A stretch of DNA of 64,000 nt from Smithellaceae bacterium (GTDB taxonomy: Bacteria; Desulfobacterota; Syntrophia; Syntrophales; Smithellaceae): positions 928,001-992,000 of the forward strand of contig CAXXVL010000001.1 of the NCBI GenBank assembly GCA_963667845.2, read 5' to 3'. The notes below the pieces were generated by a model. That model ran no database searches. It saw only the letters and a list, made by a program, of their open reading frames with translations, and was not told where the DNA came from. The position numbers and the translations under genes were made by a program. Within the stretch, counting starts at the first letter, position 1. The number at the start of each line of letters is the position of its first letter. Positions 48,948-63,013 of the stretch are shown here, piece by piece.

Positions 48948-49268
48948 ATGGTTATGAACGAAGAACAAATTAAATCAGACGAAAATGTTGCTGAAAAAGA
49001 GCGACTGGAGACTAAAGAACCCTCACTCTATCGGGTAATCCTTCTTAACGATGACTATACCTCCATGGAATTCGTAATCCATGTGCTGGAAACTGTGTTC
49101 CACAAGTCGCCAGCTGAGGCTACCCAGATAATGCTGAGCATACATAAAAAAGGGGCTGGCATATGTGGTATATATACTTATGAGATTGCCGAGACAAAGG
49201 TAGTAACAGTACATGAAATGGCAGTTAAAAATAAATTCCCGTTGAAATGTACGATGGAGAAGGAATGA
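48948..49268 (+). CDS. clpS: ATP-dependent Clp protease adaptor ClpS
   Basis: [38 protein letters not shown]. Confidence 0.97.
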   Translation: MVMNEEQIKSDENVAEKERLETKEPSLYRVILLNDDYTSMEFVIHVLETVFHKSPAEATQIMLSIHKKGAGICGIYTYEIAETKVVTVHEMAVKNKFPLKCTMEKE

Positions 49269-51533
49269 TCAATAAAGAGCTGAGCATGTTGCTGGATGCG
49301 ACCGTAAAAGATGCAAAAAAAACGGCGGCATGAGTACCTTACCGCCGAGCATATCCTGTATGCGCTCATCCATGATGAACTAGGCATAGATATCATAACG
49401 GGCTGTGGTGGCGATGTCGGCAGAATAAAGGAGGCCATCGAGGCATTCTTCGCAAAGAACATGCCCGTCCTGCCTCCGGGTAAGAGATCAGACCCTATGC
49501 CTGCCCTCGGGTTCCAGAGGGTTATTCAGCAGGCTATAATCCATGTCCAATCAGCTGAGAAGGCAGAGGTTGAGGCAGGCGACCTGCTTGCAGCGCTTTA
49601 TAGTGAACCCGATTCCTTTGCCGCGAATTTTCTCGAGCAGGAAGGCATCACGCGTCTTGATATACTTAATTACATTTCCCACGGCATCGCCGGCTATATA
49701 GAAAATGAACGCAGCGGATCGCCGTTTGAAGAACCGAAGCACGAATCAGACCCCGCCCAAGTGGAGCCGAAGCGGCCCGTGTCAAAAGATCCCTTGAAAC
49801 TTTATACCATTAACCTGATCGAAAAGGCTGCTGCAGGGGAGATCGACCCCCTGGTAGGTCGCGAAGACGAACTTACGCGCACCATACAGGTGCTCTGCAG
49901 GCGGCGGAAGAACAACATCGTGTTTGTCGGAGAACCTGGCGTCGGCAAGACCGCACTTGTCGAAGGTCTTGCACTGAATATACACAAGGGATCTGTCCCT
50001 GATCCTCTTAAAGATACAATCATTTACTCGCTCGATATGGGAGCACTACTTGCGGGCACGAAATACCGGGGCGATTTCGAAGCACGCCTGAAAGCGACGA
50101 TCAGTGAATTAGCCAAGATCCCCGGCGTCATCCTCTTCATCGATGAGATTCATACAATCGTCGGAGCGGGAGCCACAAGCGGCGGTTCAATGGATGCATC
50201 GAATATATTGAAGCCGGTGCTGAATTCCGGCAAGCTGCGCTGCATTGGCGCCAGCACGTATGAGGAATTCAAAAACCATTTTGAGAAAGACCGTGCCCTT
50301 TCGAGGCGGTTCCAGAAGATAGAAATATTTGAGCCCACCATAGAGGAAACGATTGATATATTGAAAGGTCTGCGTTCTTATTACGAGGATTTCCACGGCG
50401 TCAGTTATACAGACGCTGCTATCAAGGCTGCTACCGAACTCTCGGCAAAATATATAGACGATAAATTTATGCCGGACAAGGCCATTGATGTGATCGATGA
50501 AGCAGGCGCGACGCGAAAACTGATTACTGGCGGCAAAAGCAAACTTGTTGTCGGCGTAAAGGAAATAGAGCGTATTGTTGCCCATATCGCCAAGATACCT
50601 TCCCTGAGCATATCCACGTCCGACACAGATAAATTGAGGGATCTTGAGACCCAACTCAAGCAGGTGGTCTTTGGACAGGACAGCGCCATCCATTCGCTTG
50701 TCTCTGCCATCAAGAGATCCCGTGCAGGGCTCGGCGCTCCTGAGAAGCCGATTGGCTCCTTTCTCTTTGCGGGGCCTACAGGTGTGGGTAAGACCGAAGT
50801 CTCAAAGCAGATGGCAAATGTACTCGGTGTAAAATTCACCCGCTTCGACATGAGCGAATATATGGAGAAGCACACTGTGGCCAGGCTGATCGGCGCACCA
50901 CCTGGCTATGTTGGCTTTGACCAGGGCGGTATGCTTACCGATGCGATAAGAAAACACCCATACTCTGTGCTGTTGCTGGATGAGATCGAAAAAGCGCACC
51001 CCGATATCTTCAGCATATTGCTGCAAGTGATGGATTACTCCACGCTGACCGACAACAATGGAAAGAAGGCTGACTTCAGGAATGTCATCCTTATTATGAC
51101 CTCCAATGCTGGCACCAAGGAAATGAATATAGGGACTATCGGATTCGGCGACAGAAAAGATGATGCAAGATCAAAGGGCAGCAAAGCGATAAAAAAACTC
51201 TTTAACCCTGAATTCAGAAATCGGCTTGATGCGATCATTACCTTCAACCCGCTTTCCCCCATAGTCATGAAAATGGTAGTCGACAAGTTTATTAATGACC
51301 TGGGCAAGCAGCTCGGAGGGAAAAAGGTCAGGATGGACGTAACCGATGCCGTCAGAGACTGGCTGGCTCAAAAGGGATACGATGATAAATTCGGCGCAAG
51401 GCCACTGGCCAGGCTCATCCAGACAGAGATTAAGGATGCACTCTCCGAGGAGTTGCTCTTCGGCAAATTGAAAAAAGGCGGCAGCGTAACTGTTGACCTT
51501 AAAGAGGGACAGCTTGAATTCAAATATAGTTGA
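49265..51533 (+). CDS. clpA: ATP-dependent Clp protease ATPase ClpA, with a +1 frameshift in an A8 run at 49315-49322
   Basis: Two AAA modules ([16 protein letters not shown]). The natural start ATG 49265 overlaps the clpS stop ([19 protein letters not shown]) but is out of frame with RRHEYLT. Confidence 0.93.
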
Positions 51534-51571
51534 TCACTGTAATGCGGAAGTACTTCCTTTAAATTAATAAT

Positions 51572-52246
51572 ATGCCCGTTTATAAACTGACCAAAAAACT
51601 TGTTTTCCCGCCGCCCGAACTGGCCGACGACGACGGCTTGCTCGCGGTTGGCGGCGACCTGAGCGTTGACCGGTTGGTACTCGCCTATTCAATGGGGATC
51701 TTCCCGTGGTATTCTGACAAAGATCCGATACTATGGTGGTCGCCTGATCCTCGCCTCGTTATAATTCCTGAGGAGCTAAAGGTTTCTCGCAGCCTGAGAC
51801 AAACCATTAAAAAAGGCATTTACCGCGTTACAACCAATGCCGCCTTTGAAGACGTTATCAGAAACTGCGCCACCATAAGCAGAAAAGAAGAAGGCACATG
51901 GATAACCGATGATATGATAGAGGCATATATCAGGCTGCATAAGGCGGGTTATGCCCATTCTGTCGAGGCATGGGATGGCGATGAAATTGCTGGCGGTTTC
52001 TATGGACTTATGATGGGCAAGGCTTTTTTCGGGGAATCGATGTTTGCAAAAAAGAGCGACGCATCAAAGGTTGCCTTTGCCACATACGCTTTAGCGCTTG
52101 GGGAAAATGGCTTTGAACTCATCGACTGTCAGGTCACCACAGAGCACATGAAAAGATTCGGTGCGAGAGAAATCCCCCGAACTGAATTTATGAAACGTCT
52201 TGAAAAAGCTCTGGATGTGGGTAAATTCAATTATAATGTAACATAA
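51572..52246 (+). CDS. aat: Leucyl/phenylalanyl-tRNA-protein transferase
   Basis: DGLLAVGGDLS..AY..GIFPW..WWSPDPR, FFGESMF and DASK motifs; clpS-clpA-aat synteny. Confidence 0.96.
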   Translation: MPVYKLTKKLVFPPPELADDDGLLAVGGDLSVDRLVLAYSMGIFPWYSDKDPILWWSPDPRLVIIPEELKVSRSLRQTIKKGIYRVTTNAAFEDVIRNCATISRKEEGTWITDDMIEAYIRLHKAGYAHSVEAWDGDEIAGGFYGLMMGKAFFGESMFAKKSDASKVAFATYALALGENGFELIDCQVTTEHMKRFGAREIPRTEFMKRLEKALDVGKFNYNVT

Positions 52247-52274
52247 AGTATATTTTATAAAGATAACAAAATAG

Positions 52275-52307
52275 GGTAGTGGGCCAGTTTGAAACTGACC
52301 CACTACC
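52275..52307. terminator. Stem-loop downstream of aat (terminator-like or GTAG-type REP-like palindrome)
   Basis: GGTAGTGGG-C-CAGTTT-G-AAACTG-A-CCCACTACC. Confidence 0.5.
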
Positions 52308-52583
52308 AAATAGGCATGAAAAACTAAGTGGTATTTTCATGACAAATTTAGAAATAATGCAGTGCCAAAATCTCTATTACCACTTACAAGGACCCCACTA
52401 GTTAAAAAAAATTAAAAATAACGTCTTTCACTTGGAAAATCAGTAAGTATTTTAAAATTATTTGTCTGTATGTGCTTTCCAAACCCTTACGGATTGATAA
52501 AATTCTCATTCAGTGCCCATCTTTTTCATTTCCATATTTCTTTCGCAACAATTATAATTTAGTACCCATTTGGGGCGCAAGAA

Positions 52584-52979
52584 TTGACGAGAAAGGACTG
52601 GATTTCCTATGCAAACAGAGCGTTGCTGTCCATACGAACAGCGATAATGCTGCTCTCAACTGAAAGGAGACCCATCACGGCAAATATCAGGAATAGCAAG
52701 AAAAACGTAAAAAGGAACAAACCTCGAAAGACGCATGCTGAATCCATTGAAAAAAATCGAATTCGAAAGAACAAGACGCGAGAAGAGTCCAAGCAGGCGA
52801 TGCTGATTAAGCTGCTGCAGCGCCCCAGTGGTGCCACAATCGACGAGCTAGCCGAGGCAACTGATTGGCAACGGCATAGTATCCGCGGGACGATGTCCGG
52901 GGTATTGAAAAAGCGGCTAGGACTCTCCATTGCTTCTGAAAAAGAAGAACGCGGACTAGTTTATCGTATCGCTGCCTGA
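52584..52979 (+). CDS. DUF3489-like protein (start uncertain)
   Basis: SKQAMLIKLLQRPSGATIDEL.EAT.WQ.HS.RG.MSG.LKKRLGL..YRI. Confidence 0.8.
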   Translation: MTRKDWISYANRALLSIRTAIMLLSTERRPITANIRNSKKNVKRNKPRKTHAESIEKNRIRKNKTREESKQAMLIKLLQRPSGATIDELAEATDWQRHSIRGTMSGVLKKRLGLSIASEKEERGLVYRIAA

Positions 52980-52984
52980 GCCTT

Positions 52985-53440
52985 ATGAAGCACTGTTTAT
53001 CTCTTAATACAGGAAATCTTGCCGGTGAATCGGCCAGTCTTCCTGCACTTGACCGCACAGCGCTGATAGAAAAATGGCGTGCTCTCTATGATACAGAACC
53101 ACCGGTTGGCATCTCGAATAAATTCCTAATGCATGCCATCGCTCACCGGATGCAGGAACAGACATTGGGTGGACTTAAGCCCGCCACTCGTCGCTTTCTA
53201 GAAAAAGCTGCAGAGAATAATACATCCAGGCAGCAGATATCTCCCTTAATCAGTATTAAACCAGGTACACGATTATTGCGTGAGTGGCATGGCGTGACAT
53301 ATGAGGTGATCATCATGGAGGATGGCGTACAGTGCAATGGCAAATGTTACCGTTCTCTCTCCGAAGTAGCGAGGGCCATCACGGGTGCACGCTGGTCAGG
53401 TCCTCTGTTCTTCGGGCTGAAGAAACAGGAGGTTGCATGA
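52985..53440 (+). CDS. DUF2924-like protein
   Basis: W..LY..EPP, MQEQ.LGGL, PGTRLLREWHG and YRSLSEVARAITG.RWSGP.FFGL motifs. Confidence 0.85.
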   Translation: MKHCLSLNTGNLAGESASLPALDRTALIEKWRALYDTEPPVGISNKFLMHAIAHRMQEQTLGGLKPATRRFLEKAAENNTSRQQISPLISIKPGTRLLREWHGVTYEVIIMEDGVQCNGKCYRSLSEVARAITGARWSGPLFFGLKKQEVA

Positions 53441-55068
53441 GCACAAAGCCGATACTCCGCTGTGCCATCTATACTCGTAAATCTTCAGAAGAGGGGTTGG
53501 AGCAGGACTTCAATTCTCTTCATGCACAGCGAGAAGCATGTGAGGCATATATTACCAGCCAGAAGCATGAGGGATGGCATCTTGTTAAGACGCACTATGA
53601 TGATGGTGGATTCAGTGGTGGTAATATGGAACGCCCGTCATTGAAACAATTGTTGGTAGATATTGAAGACAGGAAAGTAAATGTAGTGATTGTGTATAAA
53701 GTGGACCGGTTGACTCGATCATTAACTGACTTTGCCAGAATCATCGAGCGTTTCGATAAGCAGGGTGTTTCATTTGTCTCGGTGACACAGCAGTTCAATA
53801 CGACCAGTTCCATGGGAAGACTCACCCTGAATGTGTTGTTGTCCTTTGCACAGTTTGAGAGGGAAGTTACCGGTGAGAGGATCAGGGATAAAATTGCAGC
53901 CTCCAAGAAAAAAGGGATGTGGATGGGAGGATTTGTCCCATTGGGCTATGACCTTAAGGATCGCAAGCTCCTAATCAACGCAAAGGAAGCGAAGACCATT
54001 CAACATATATATAGTCAATACTTGGAACTGGGATGTGTCCGCCTGCTTAAAGAAGATCTCGACAGACGAGGAATTCATTCCAAAACCCGAGGACAGAAGG
54101 GCGGTTGTTCATTTTCACGCGGTACGCTCTATAGAATTCTCTCCAACCCAATCTATATTGGTCAGATATGCCATAAAGGAACCTGCCATACGGGTCAGCA
54201 TGAAGCGATCATAGAACAAGAATTATGGGAACAGGTACAAAAGCTTATGGCGAGCAATTCTGCAGAACATAAATCAAGCTCCTGCAATACGAAGTCCTCT
54301 CCTCTAACCAATAAATTGTTCGATGTCTCAGGTGAACGTCTTGTATCCGTCCATGTCAATAAAAAGGGAAGGCGATACCGCTACTATATCTCGCAAAGCC
54401 TTAGGGCAGACCCCAAAGAGGCTTCATCAAGCAGTTGGCGATTACCGGGCCTGGAAATTGAGCAAACCATCAAGCATGCGGTGTTAGATATTATCTCGGA
54501 TAAGATTGCTGTCACTACTGCATTACAGGAAGCGAGCACTGCGACTCAGCATATTTCCTCTGCACTCCTTTCAGCCAAGAAGATACAATCTGATGCGGCA
54601 GATTTGATCGACAGCTTTGTCCAGCGCGTGGAATTGCAGCCGACCGGAATACGCCTCACGCTATCGCTGGCATCGTTGTTACAAGAGACGGACTCTCATG
54701 ATGTAACTATAGTCCGGGATATACCAATGCAGATGAAACGGCGGGGAGTGGAGATGCGGTTGATAGTTGGTGGTACCGGACAGGCTAAAGTGGATCAAAC
54801 ATTATTAAAGACCATTATTCTCGCCCATAAATGGTTCAATGATCTGGTATCCGGACGAGTGCGCAATATGGCTGAAATCGCATCAAAAGAGGGCATAGAC
54901 AAAAGTTATGTTTCCCGAGTAATAGCTCTTGCCTTTCTTGCCCCGGACATCACAGAGAGCATCGTAGCGGGTCAGCAGCCTGCTGATCTCAGCGCTGAAA
55001 AACTTACGAGACGCATTGATATGCCTCCAGACTGGACGCAACAGCGCCAGCTTCTGGGTTTAATTTAA
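53437..55068 (+). CDS. Large serine recombinase (resolvase + recombinase domains)
   Basis: RCAIYTRKSS, DDGGFSG, VYKVDRLTRS, FAQFERE..ERIRDK and NPIYIG motifs; ATGA overlap with the DUF2924 gene. Confidence 0.92.
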   Translation: MSTKPILRCAIYTRKSSEEGLEQDFNSLHAQREACEAYITSQKHEGWHLVKTHYDDGGFSGGNMERPSLKQLLVDIEDRKVNVVIVYKVDRLTRSLTDFARIIERFDKQGVSFVSVTQQFNTTSSMGRLTLNVLLSFAQFEREVTGERIRDKIAASKKKGMWMGGFVPLGYDLKDRKLLINAKEAKTIQHIYSQYLELGCVRLLKEDLDRRGIHSKTRGQKGGCSFSRGTLYRILSNPIYIGQICHKGTCHTGQHEAIIEQELWEQVQKLMASNSAEHKSSSCNTKSSPLTNKLFDVSGERLVSVHVNKKGRRYRYYISQSLRADPKEASSSSWRLPGLEIEQTIKHAVLDIISDKIAVTTALQEASTATQHISSALLSAKKIQSDAADLIDSFVQRVELQPTGIRLTLSLASLLQETDSHDVTIVRDIPMQMKRRGVEMRLIVGGTGQAKVDQTLLKTIILAHKWFNDLVSGRVRNMAEIASKEGIDKSYVSRVIALAFLAPDITESIVAGQQPADLSAEKLTRRIDMPPDWTQQRQLLGLI

Positions 55069-55324
55069 TCATCTAAGTTACCTGACCTGTTTGGGACAGA
55101 GAAAAGAACGAAAAGGCGTGGACATTAATAATGCGACGGAGATGCGCTGTACCGTCACTTGATATAAAAAAGGTACGAACGTTGTGTTGTGTATCAAGGG
55201 AATATTTGCCATGTGGAGGGGTGAGATAACTAAGTACTGAAAATCATGATAAGTGACTTACACAATGATTAACGAATGCTTTACAGGCTATTTACTTTCG
55301 CACTTAATCAAATAAACTTTGATT

Positions 55325-56044
55325 TCATGTATAATGTGCATCGGTAAGATCAATCCATAAATGAGCCAAATTAATTTCGCTATCGTGCCGATAGACGATT
55401 GAGCAACTTCGAAAAACCTTTCCTTCGCGTTCTAACGACATTAGTCGTTCTTCATCTGACCATTTTGGTTCATGCCCATCATTTTCTGCCAAGACTGAAA
55501 TCCATCCGTTAACTCGGTTATACCAATCCAGAGGCGTACCGTCTTGGATATAACCAATCATTCCTGCTTGATTAAAAGAACTACCATGAATTTTCAATTT
55601 GAAACGTTCTATTCCACCGCATGTGACATGTTTTCCATTTTTTTCATGACCATACACATATTCGCACTGCCGTTTCTTTTCTAGCTGTGTAGTTAATCTT
55701 TTTCCTTCAAAGACAGCAACTTTGGGGGTCCTAATTGCCACGTCGGGGATGTGTAAAAAAATACCTATATCAGTGGCAGGACTATGACCATCCGCTTCAT
55801 TTTCCATGCTTTCATTTTGGGAAAAAAAGGGGAGATCATTTTTTCTACTCAAATTTGTTATAAAACAAGAAAGACTTCTATTTAAGCCATCCTCATTCTT
55901 AATACCATCTCTTATTACGGACAGCGCAAATAAAGGAAGAGATTTGTTAACTAGTTGAAGAATTTTTTTGAACTGCACCTGTGAAGGCGGGCCTTGAAAA
56001 TTCCCCATTCCTTTAAGCATTCGTTTCATGCGATCTTTCATCAT
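55325..56044 (-). CDS. Hypothetical protein, possible PD-(D/E)xK nuclease
   Basis: E..L....F..E, TDIGI and VFEGKRL pattern; co-oriented directly after the methylase. Confidence 0.5.
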   Translation of the reverse strand: MMKDRMKRMLKGMGNFQGPPSQVQFKKILQLVNKSLPLFALSVIRDGIKNEDGLNRSLSCFITNLSRKNDLPFFSQNESMENEADGHSPATDIGIFLHIPDVAIRTPKVAVFEGKRLTTQLEKKRQCEYVYGHEKNGKHVTCGGIERFKLKIHGSSFNQAGMIGYIQDGTPLDWYNRVNGWISVLAENDGHEPKWSDEERLMSLEREGKVFRSCSIVYRHDSEINLAHLWIDLTDAHYT

Positions 56045-56051
56045 ACTAGGT

Positions 56052-59000
56052 TCAGTATCCCTGATCTAATAAATCGACCAGAGTCTCGTCAGCATCACGT
56101 AATGCTATTGAACGTAACCAATAGCGTTTTTGGTTCGGTTTTATTATAAGAATCACATTCTCTTCATATAGCCGAAGAATGCGATTTACAAATAAACGAT
56201 TTCCATGTTTATGAAGCATTAGCTTTTCAAGCAAGAGGCCAGCTTTATTTGTGTCTGAAGGATCTATATCCGGTGCATCTCCGTAACAAAAAGGGAAACA
56301 TATAAATGATCGTAGTTTGATGGGCTTTAAAGGGAAAAACTTTTCATATACAGGATTTAAGATATGGCAAAAAGTCTCTCCAAAATTGAATAAGTCGGAA
56401 TCATCGACTCCATCCAATACGGAGGCTGTTTCTCCTTTATTTCTGAATTCAATTAGATATTTTTCAATATCTTCGATAAGAATATTCTCCCAGAAATTAA
56501 AGTCGACTTTTTCCATATCTTCTGAATACGGTAATGCAAAAATATCTCTTTGCAGCAATGATGTTGCACGATTAACCAGCATCCGACTGCTCACCATAGC
56601 AGCGAGAACTCCATATAACCCTGAATCATTCAATTGATCAGCAAGAGCTTTAAGTTTCTTTGCATCTTTCTTTGGAGCAGAAATGCCAATCATTTGATTA
56701 CTAAAGACTAAATATTTATTAGAAAAGATTGCAGGAATGGATGATTTATCCACAATTTCTCTTATAAGCACATGCGGTGGTGAAAAAATTTCTTTTACGC
56801 TATTTCTGGTTTCTTCAAAGAAAGTCGCTTTACATGACTTTATGTGATTCCAATCAATGCCTTCACGGTTAAGAGCGGATGAAGGAACATCCAATGCACC
56901 AGATATCCATTCAGCAGTTTTAGGTAATCTTTTTAACTCGAATTTTTTCTTTCGAGCGTCAGGAGATAATCTAATTAGTTCTTGAATATTCGAAGCATCA
57001 TTTAGTTTCTTTCCGCAACCGATGATGTAACCTTCACTGAATTGCCATTTTCTCTTTATGCGTTGCTCTTCCAGGTATTCTCCTAGGGTGGGAAAGTCAG
57101 AAAAACGCTTCAAAAGAGTTTGAAGTCTGCCACCTCCTAGAAGATTAGCCTTCCAAACAAATTTATTATCTGATATTAATTTACGATCAACCCAATGAAA
57201 ATCATAAGGGTCTAGCTCAAAAAGCAGTTTTTCTTTAGAGGCACGAGTTCGATGGAAAATTATATGAAGAATTTTATCAGATGAAGGTGGATGGTTATAT
57301 CCCATTATCGCTGCCGCAGCCACTTGAACTTTCGTGAAAAGAATCTCATCCAATGAAGTAAAATCAAATATACATTCCGTGTGGAATTTCCCAAAAAGAT
57401 ATGTTCGAAATGAGATCCCATTTCCATTATATAATAAAGGACCTGCCGGTTGAATTAAACATACTGTTGCGGATTCATGACAAAGTTTAAAAGATTGCTC
57501 ATAGAAGAGAAGAGCAAGTTGCTGATCAGGAAGTTCAGGCCTGTTCATTGATTCACATTTCTCGATATCTTTAGCTGCCGTAGTTGTTAAACTACTTTCG
57601 AAGGGAGGATTGCCAATGATCAAATCATAATGGTCATTAAATTCTCCCGACTTAACAATTTCAAAAAAATCTCTGGCTAGTAGATTCCTTTGACGTAAGT
57701 CATCAAATTTCAATTCATTCCAAATGGACAGAGGTTCCAATTCATCGCATAAAGCGACACAGAGACTGAATGCTGTAATTAAGACGGATTCAGGTTTTTC
57801 ATCGAATCCAAATATATTATTCTTAAGAAGTGATTTAAGATCCTTCAGTGAAGGTAAATTCCAATTATTTACCATGCGCCAACAATAAATTAATCGTTTA
57901 AAAGCTCCAACCAAGAATACTCCTGAACCGCAGGCAGGGTCGAGAATTTTCCACTGGAGGATCTCCGGTTTAATGGGAAGACATTGATCTAATAGAAATT
58001 CTACAAGCATAGGTGGAGTATAAACGACACCTTTATCATCTGTCTTTTTTTGTGAAGGTTTATCATCTTGTTTTTTTGCTAAAAATTCCTCATATATATT
58101 ACTAATTAGTTCAATTGGCAGATCTTCGAATGAATAAAGCGGCCAAAAAATACACTGACCAGAAGGTTCTTGATCTCCGCGCAGAAAATCGGCAATAGGT
58201 CTTAAATCGGCATTGGATAACTCCCTTTTATCATCTTCTGTTAGTTCAAAGATGCCTCCATTAAAATGTTTGCTTAAGTTTTCAAACAGTTTTACACAAC
58301 TTCCGTGTTCTAAGAATAGCGATGCAAAATCATCATATCCGTTTTTTGAAAATTGACTAAAAAAGCCTTTTTTGAATACTCCATTTCCATCGGCATCTTT
58401 GCGGTCACATAAATATTTAACGAGTATGGATATCACTAAAAGTCGATTCGTTACCGACTTGGAGAGCGTCTCTTGTTTTAATATTTCTTTTCGAAAGTCT
58501 TTAAGGTAAATTAAAAGTTGATGATACGCGGTTTTTTCTAATGTAAAATAACTTTTAAATTTCGGATCTTCCCAAAAAGTACCAGTGGTAATATCACGAG
58601 TTATAAACGCTTGCTCTGTTAATATAAGTGATTCGAGTAAAGAAAATGGGCTAAAAAGTGGTTTATTAGTGCTCCGATCAATATCTGGTGCTCGACGGCA
58701 ATTCAGGACTCTAATACTGGTGGCGGTGAAAATAAATGCCAGTGGTACAAGGCCAGCATTCCAAAGTCGGCAATGAATACCTGCGTATTTTGCCTCATCC
58801 AATGTTAATGAAGTATTGCGATATATATAAATTTGCGGCACTGGAGAGCGTTTTTCTTCATCCGCAAATATTCGAAAGAAAACAGCGTCTGCTTGAAAAT
58901 TTTCGGCCTGTTCTAAAGCAATTCGAATTAAAGGAATACTTATATGATTTTTATCCTTTACAAAAAACATGCCCTCCGGTGACTTGCCATTCTGTAAAAG

Positions 59001-59054
59001 TAAATCTAATTTTTTGAGCTGCTTTATAAATATTTTTTCAGCGTCTACCATCAT
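56052..59054 (-). CDS. N6-adenine DNA methyltransferase (type I/IIG-like, 1000 aa)
   Basis: ISNIYEEFL, GVVYTP, ILDPACGSGVFL and IIGNPPF motifs; AT-rich. Confidence 0.88.
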   Translation of the reverse strand: MMVDAEKIFIKQLKKLDLLLQNGKSPEGMFFVKDKNHISIPLIRIALEQAENFQADAVFFRIFADEEKRSPVPQIYIYRNTSLTLDEAKYAGIHCRLWNAGLVPLAFIFTATSIRVLNCRRAPDIDRSTNKPLFSPFSLLESLILTEQAFITRDITTGTFWEDPKFKSYFTLEKTAYHQLLIYLKDFRKEILKQETLSKSVTNRLLVISILVKYLCDRKDADGNGVFKKGFFSQFSKNGYDDFASLFLEHGSCVKLFENLSKHFNGGIFELTEDDKRELSNADLRPIADFLRGDQEPSGQCIFWPLYSFEDLPIELISNIYEEFLAKKQDDKPSQKKTDDKGVVYTPPMLVEFLLDQCLPIKPEILQWKILDPACGSGVFLVGAFKRLIYCWRMVNNWNLPSLKDLKSLLKNNIFGFDEKPESVLITAFSLCVALCDELEPLSIWNELKFDDLRQRNLLARDFFEIVKSGEFNDHYDLIIGNPPFESSLTTTAAKDIEKCESMNRPELPDQQLALLFYEQSFKLCHESATVCLIQPAGPLLYNGNGISFRTYLFGKFHTECIFDFTSLDEILFTKVQVAAAAIMGYNHPPSSDKILHIIFHRTRASKEKLLFELDPYDFHWVDRKLISDNKFVWKANLLGGGRLQTLLKRFSDFPTLGEYLEEQRIKRKWQFSEGYIIGCGKKLNDASNIQELIRLSPDARKKKFELKRLPKTAEWISGALDVPSSALNREGIDWNHIKSCKATFFEETRNSVKEIFSPPHVLIREIVDKSSIPAIFSNKYLVFSNQMIGISAPKKDAKKLKALADQLNDSGLYGVLAAMVSSRMLVNRATSLLQRDIFALPYSEDMEKVDFNFWENILIEDIEKYLIEFRNKGETASVLDGVDDSDLFNFGETFCHILNPVYEKFFPLKPIKLRSFICFPFCYGDAPDIDPSDTNKAGLLLEKLMLHKHGNRLFVNRILRLYEENVILIIKPNQKRYWLRSIALRDADETLVDLLDQGY

Positions 59055-59282
59055 TTTTCCAAAAAAAAGCCAGCCGCTTTTCTAACTCGACTGGCTTTGG
59101 GTTGACTTTTTGCCGCATGGATTCCTCTCCTTCAGGGATTAATCTTATCTACTTCCATGCTAATTTTTCTGTTCACGGTGGATAATTTCTGAATTTTACG
59201 CTTATTTCTTATTAAGTTCAATAGAAATATTGATGCGCTATAAAGGCAAAATGCAATTGTATCTCGCCACGATTCTGCGGCA

Positions 59283-59894
59283 GAGCGGAATGAAATTGAA
59301 GTCGTAACCAACAATTATTTTAAATCTGTTGGCCGCCAAAATCTCTAACAGAGAAAATAACCGTATTCTGGTCCAAACTGGCTCGATATCGGTTATCTCC
59401 GGCCAACACTTTTATCTGAACCACGCCAACTGCGCCCCTTCGGGCGCAGTTGCTGCAAAATCTCTCTGCATGCGGTATTCTTGGTGGAGCGGAATGAAAT
59501 TGAAATCGCAACCAACAATCATTTTAAATCTGTTGGCCGCCAAAATCTCTAACAGAGAAAATAACCGTATTGTGGTCCAAATTGGCTCGATGTCCGTTCT
59601 CTCCGGCCAACACTTTCATCTGAACCACGCCAACTGCGCCCCTTCGGGCGCAGTTGCTGCAAAATCTCTCTGTATGCGGTATTCTTGGTGGAGCGGAATG
59701 AAATTGAAATCGCAACCAACAATCATTTTAAATCTGTTGGCCGCCAAAATCTCTAACAGAGAAAATAACCGTATTGTGGTCCAAATTGGCTCGATGTCCG
59801 TTCTCTCCGGCCAACACTTTCATCTGAACCACGCCAACTGCGCCCCTTCGGGCGCAGTTGCTGCAAAATCTCTCTGTATGCGGTATTCTTGGTG
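59283..59894 (-). repeat. Three 204-bp tandem tRNA-linked repeats
   Basis: Units start at 59283, 59487 and 59691; each contains an 11-bp hairpin CAACTGCGCCC-CTTC-GGGCGCAGTTG. Confidence 0.92.
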
Positions 59895-59964
59895 GGCCGT
59901 GCGGGGATTGAACCCGCGGCCAACGGATTAAAAGTCCGCTGCTCTACCGCTGAGCTAACGGCCC
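59890..59964 (-). tRNA. tRNA-Lys (UUU)
   Basis: GGGCCGTTAGCTCAGCGGTAGAGCAGCGGACTTTTAATCCGTTGGCCGCGGGTTCAATCCCCGCACGGCCCACCA folds as a cloverleaf with encoded CCA. Confidence 0.96.
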
Positions 59965-60092
59965 ACTGTTTCTGGTGTTATTTAAGAACAAGGCTCTCTA
60001 GCAGCTAGCAAGAGGCGTGTCAAGAAGAAACTGAATCCGGAATGCACATTCTCCGCGGCGTGCCCCGGAGAGCAAACGAATACGTAATCATT

Positions 60093-63001
<2,909 letters not shown>

Positions 63002-63013
63002 GGTGTTCTTAAG

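Noticed and set aside
59283..59894. CRISPR array
   Set aside because: Whole 204-bp units are repeated with no unique spacers, and there are no cas genes.
59329..59931. 200-aa ORF
   Set aside because: It is a by-product of the 204-bp (68-codon) repeat and runs antisense into the tRNA.
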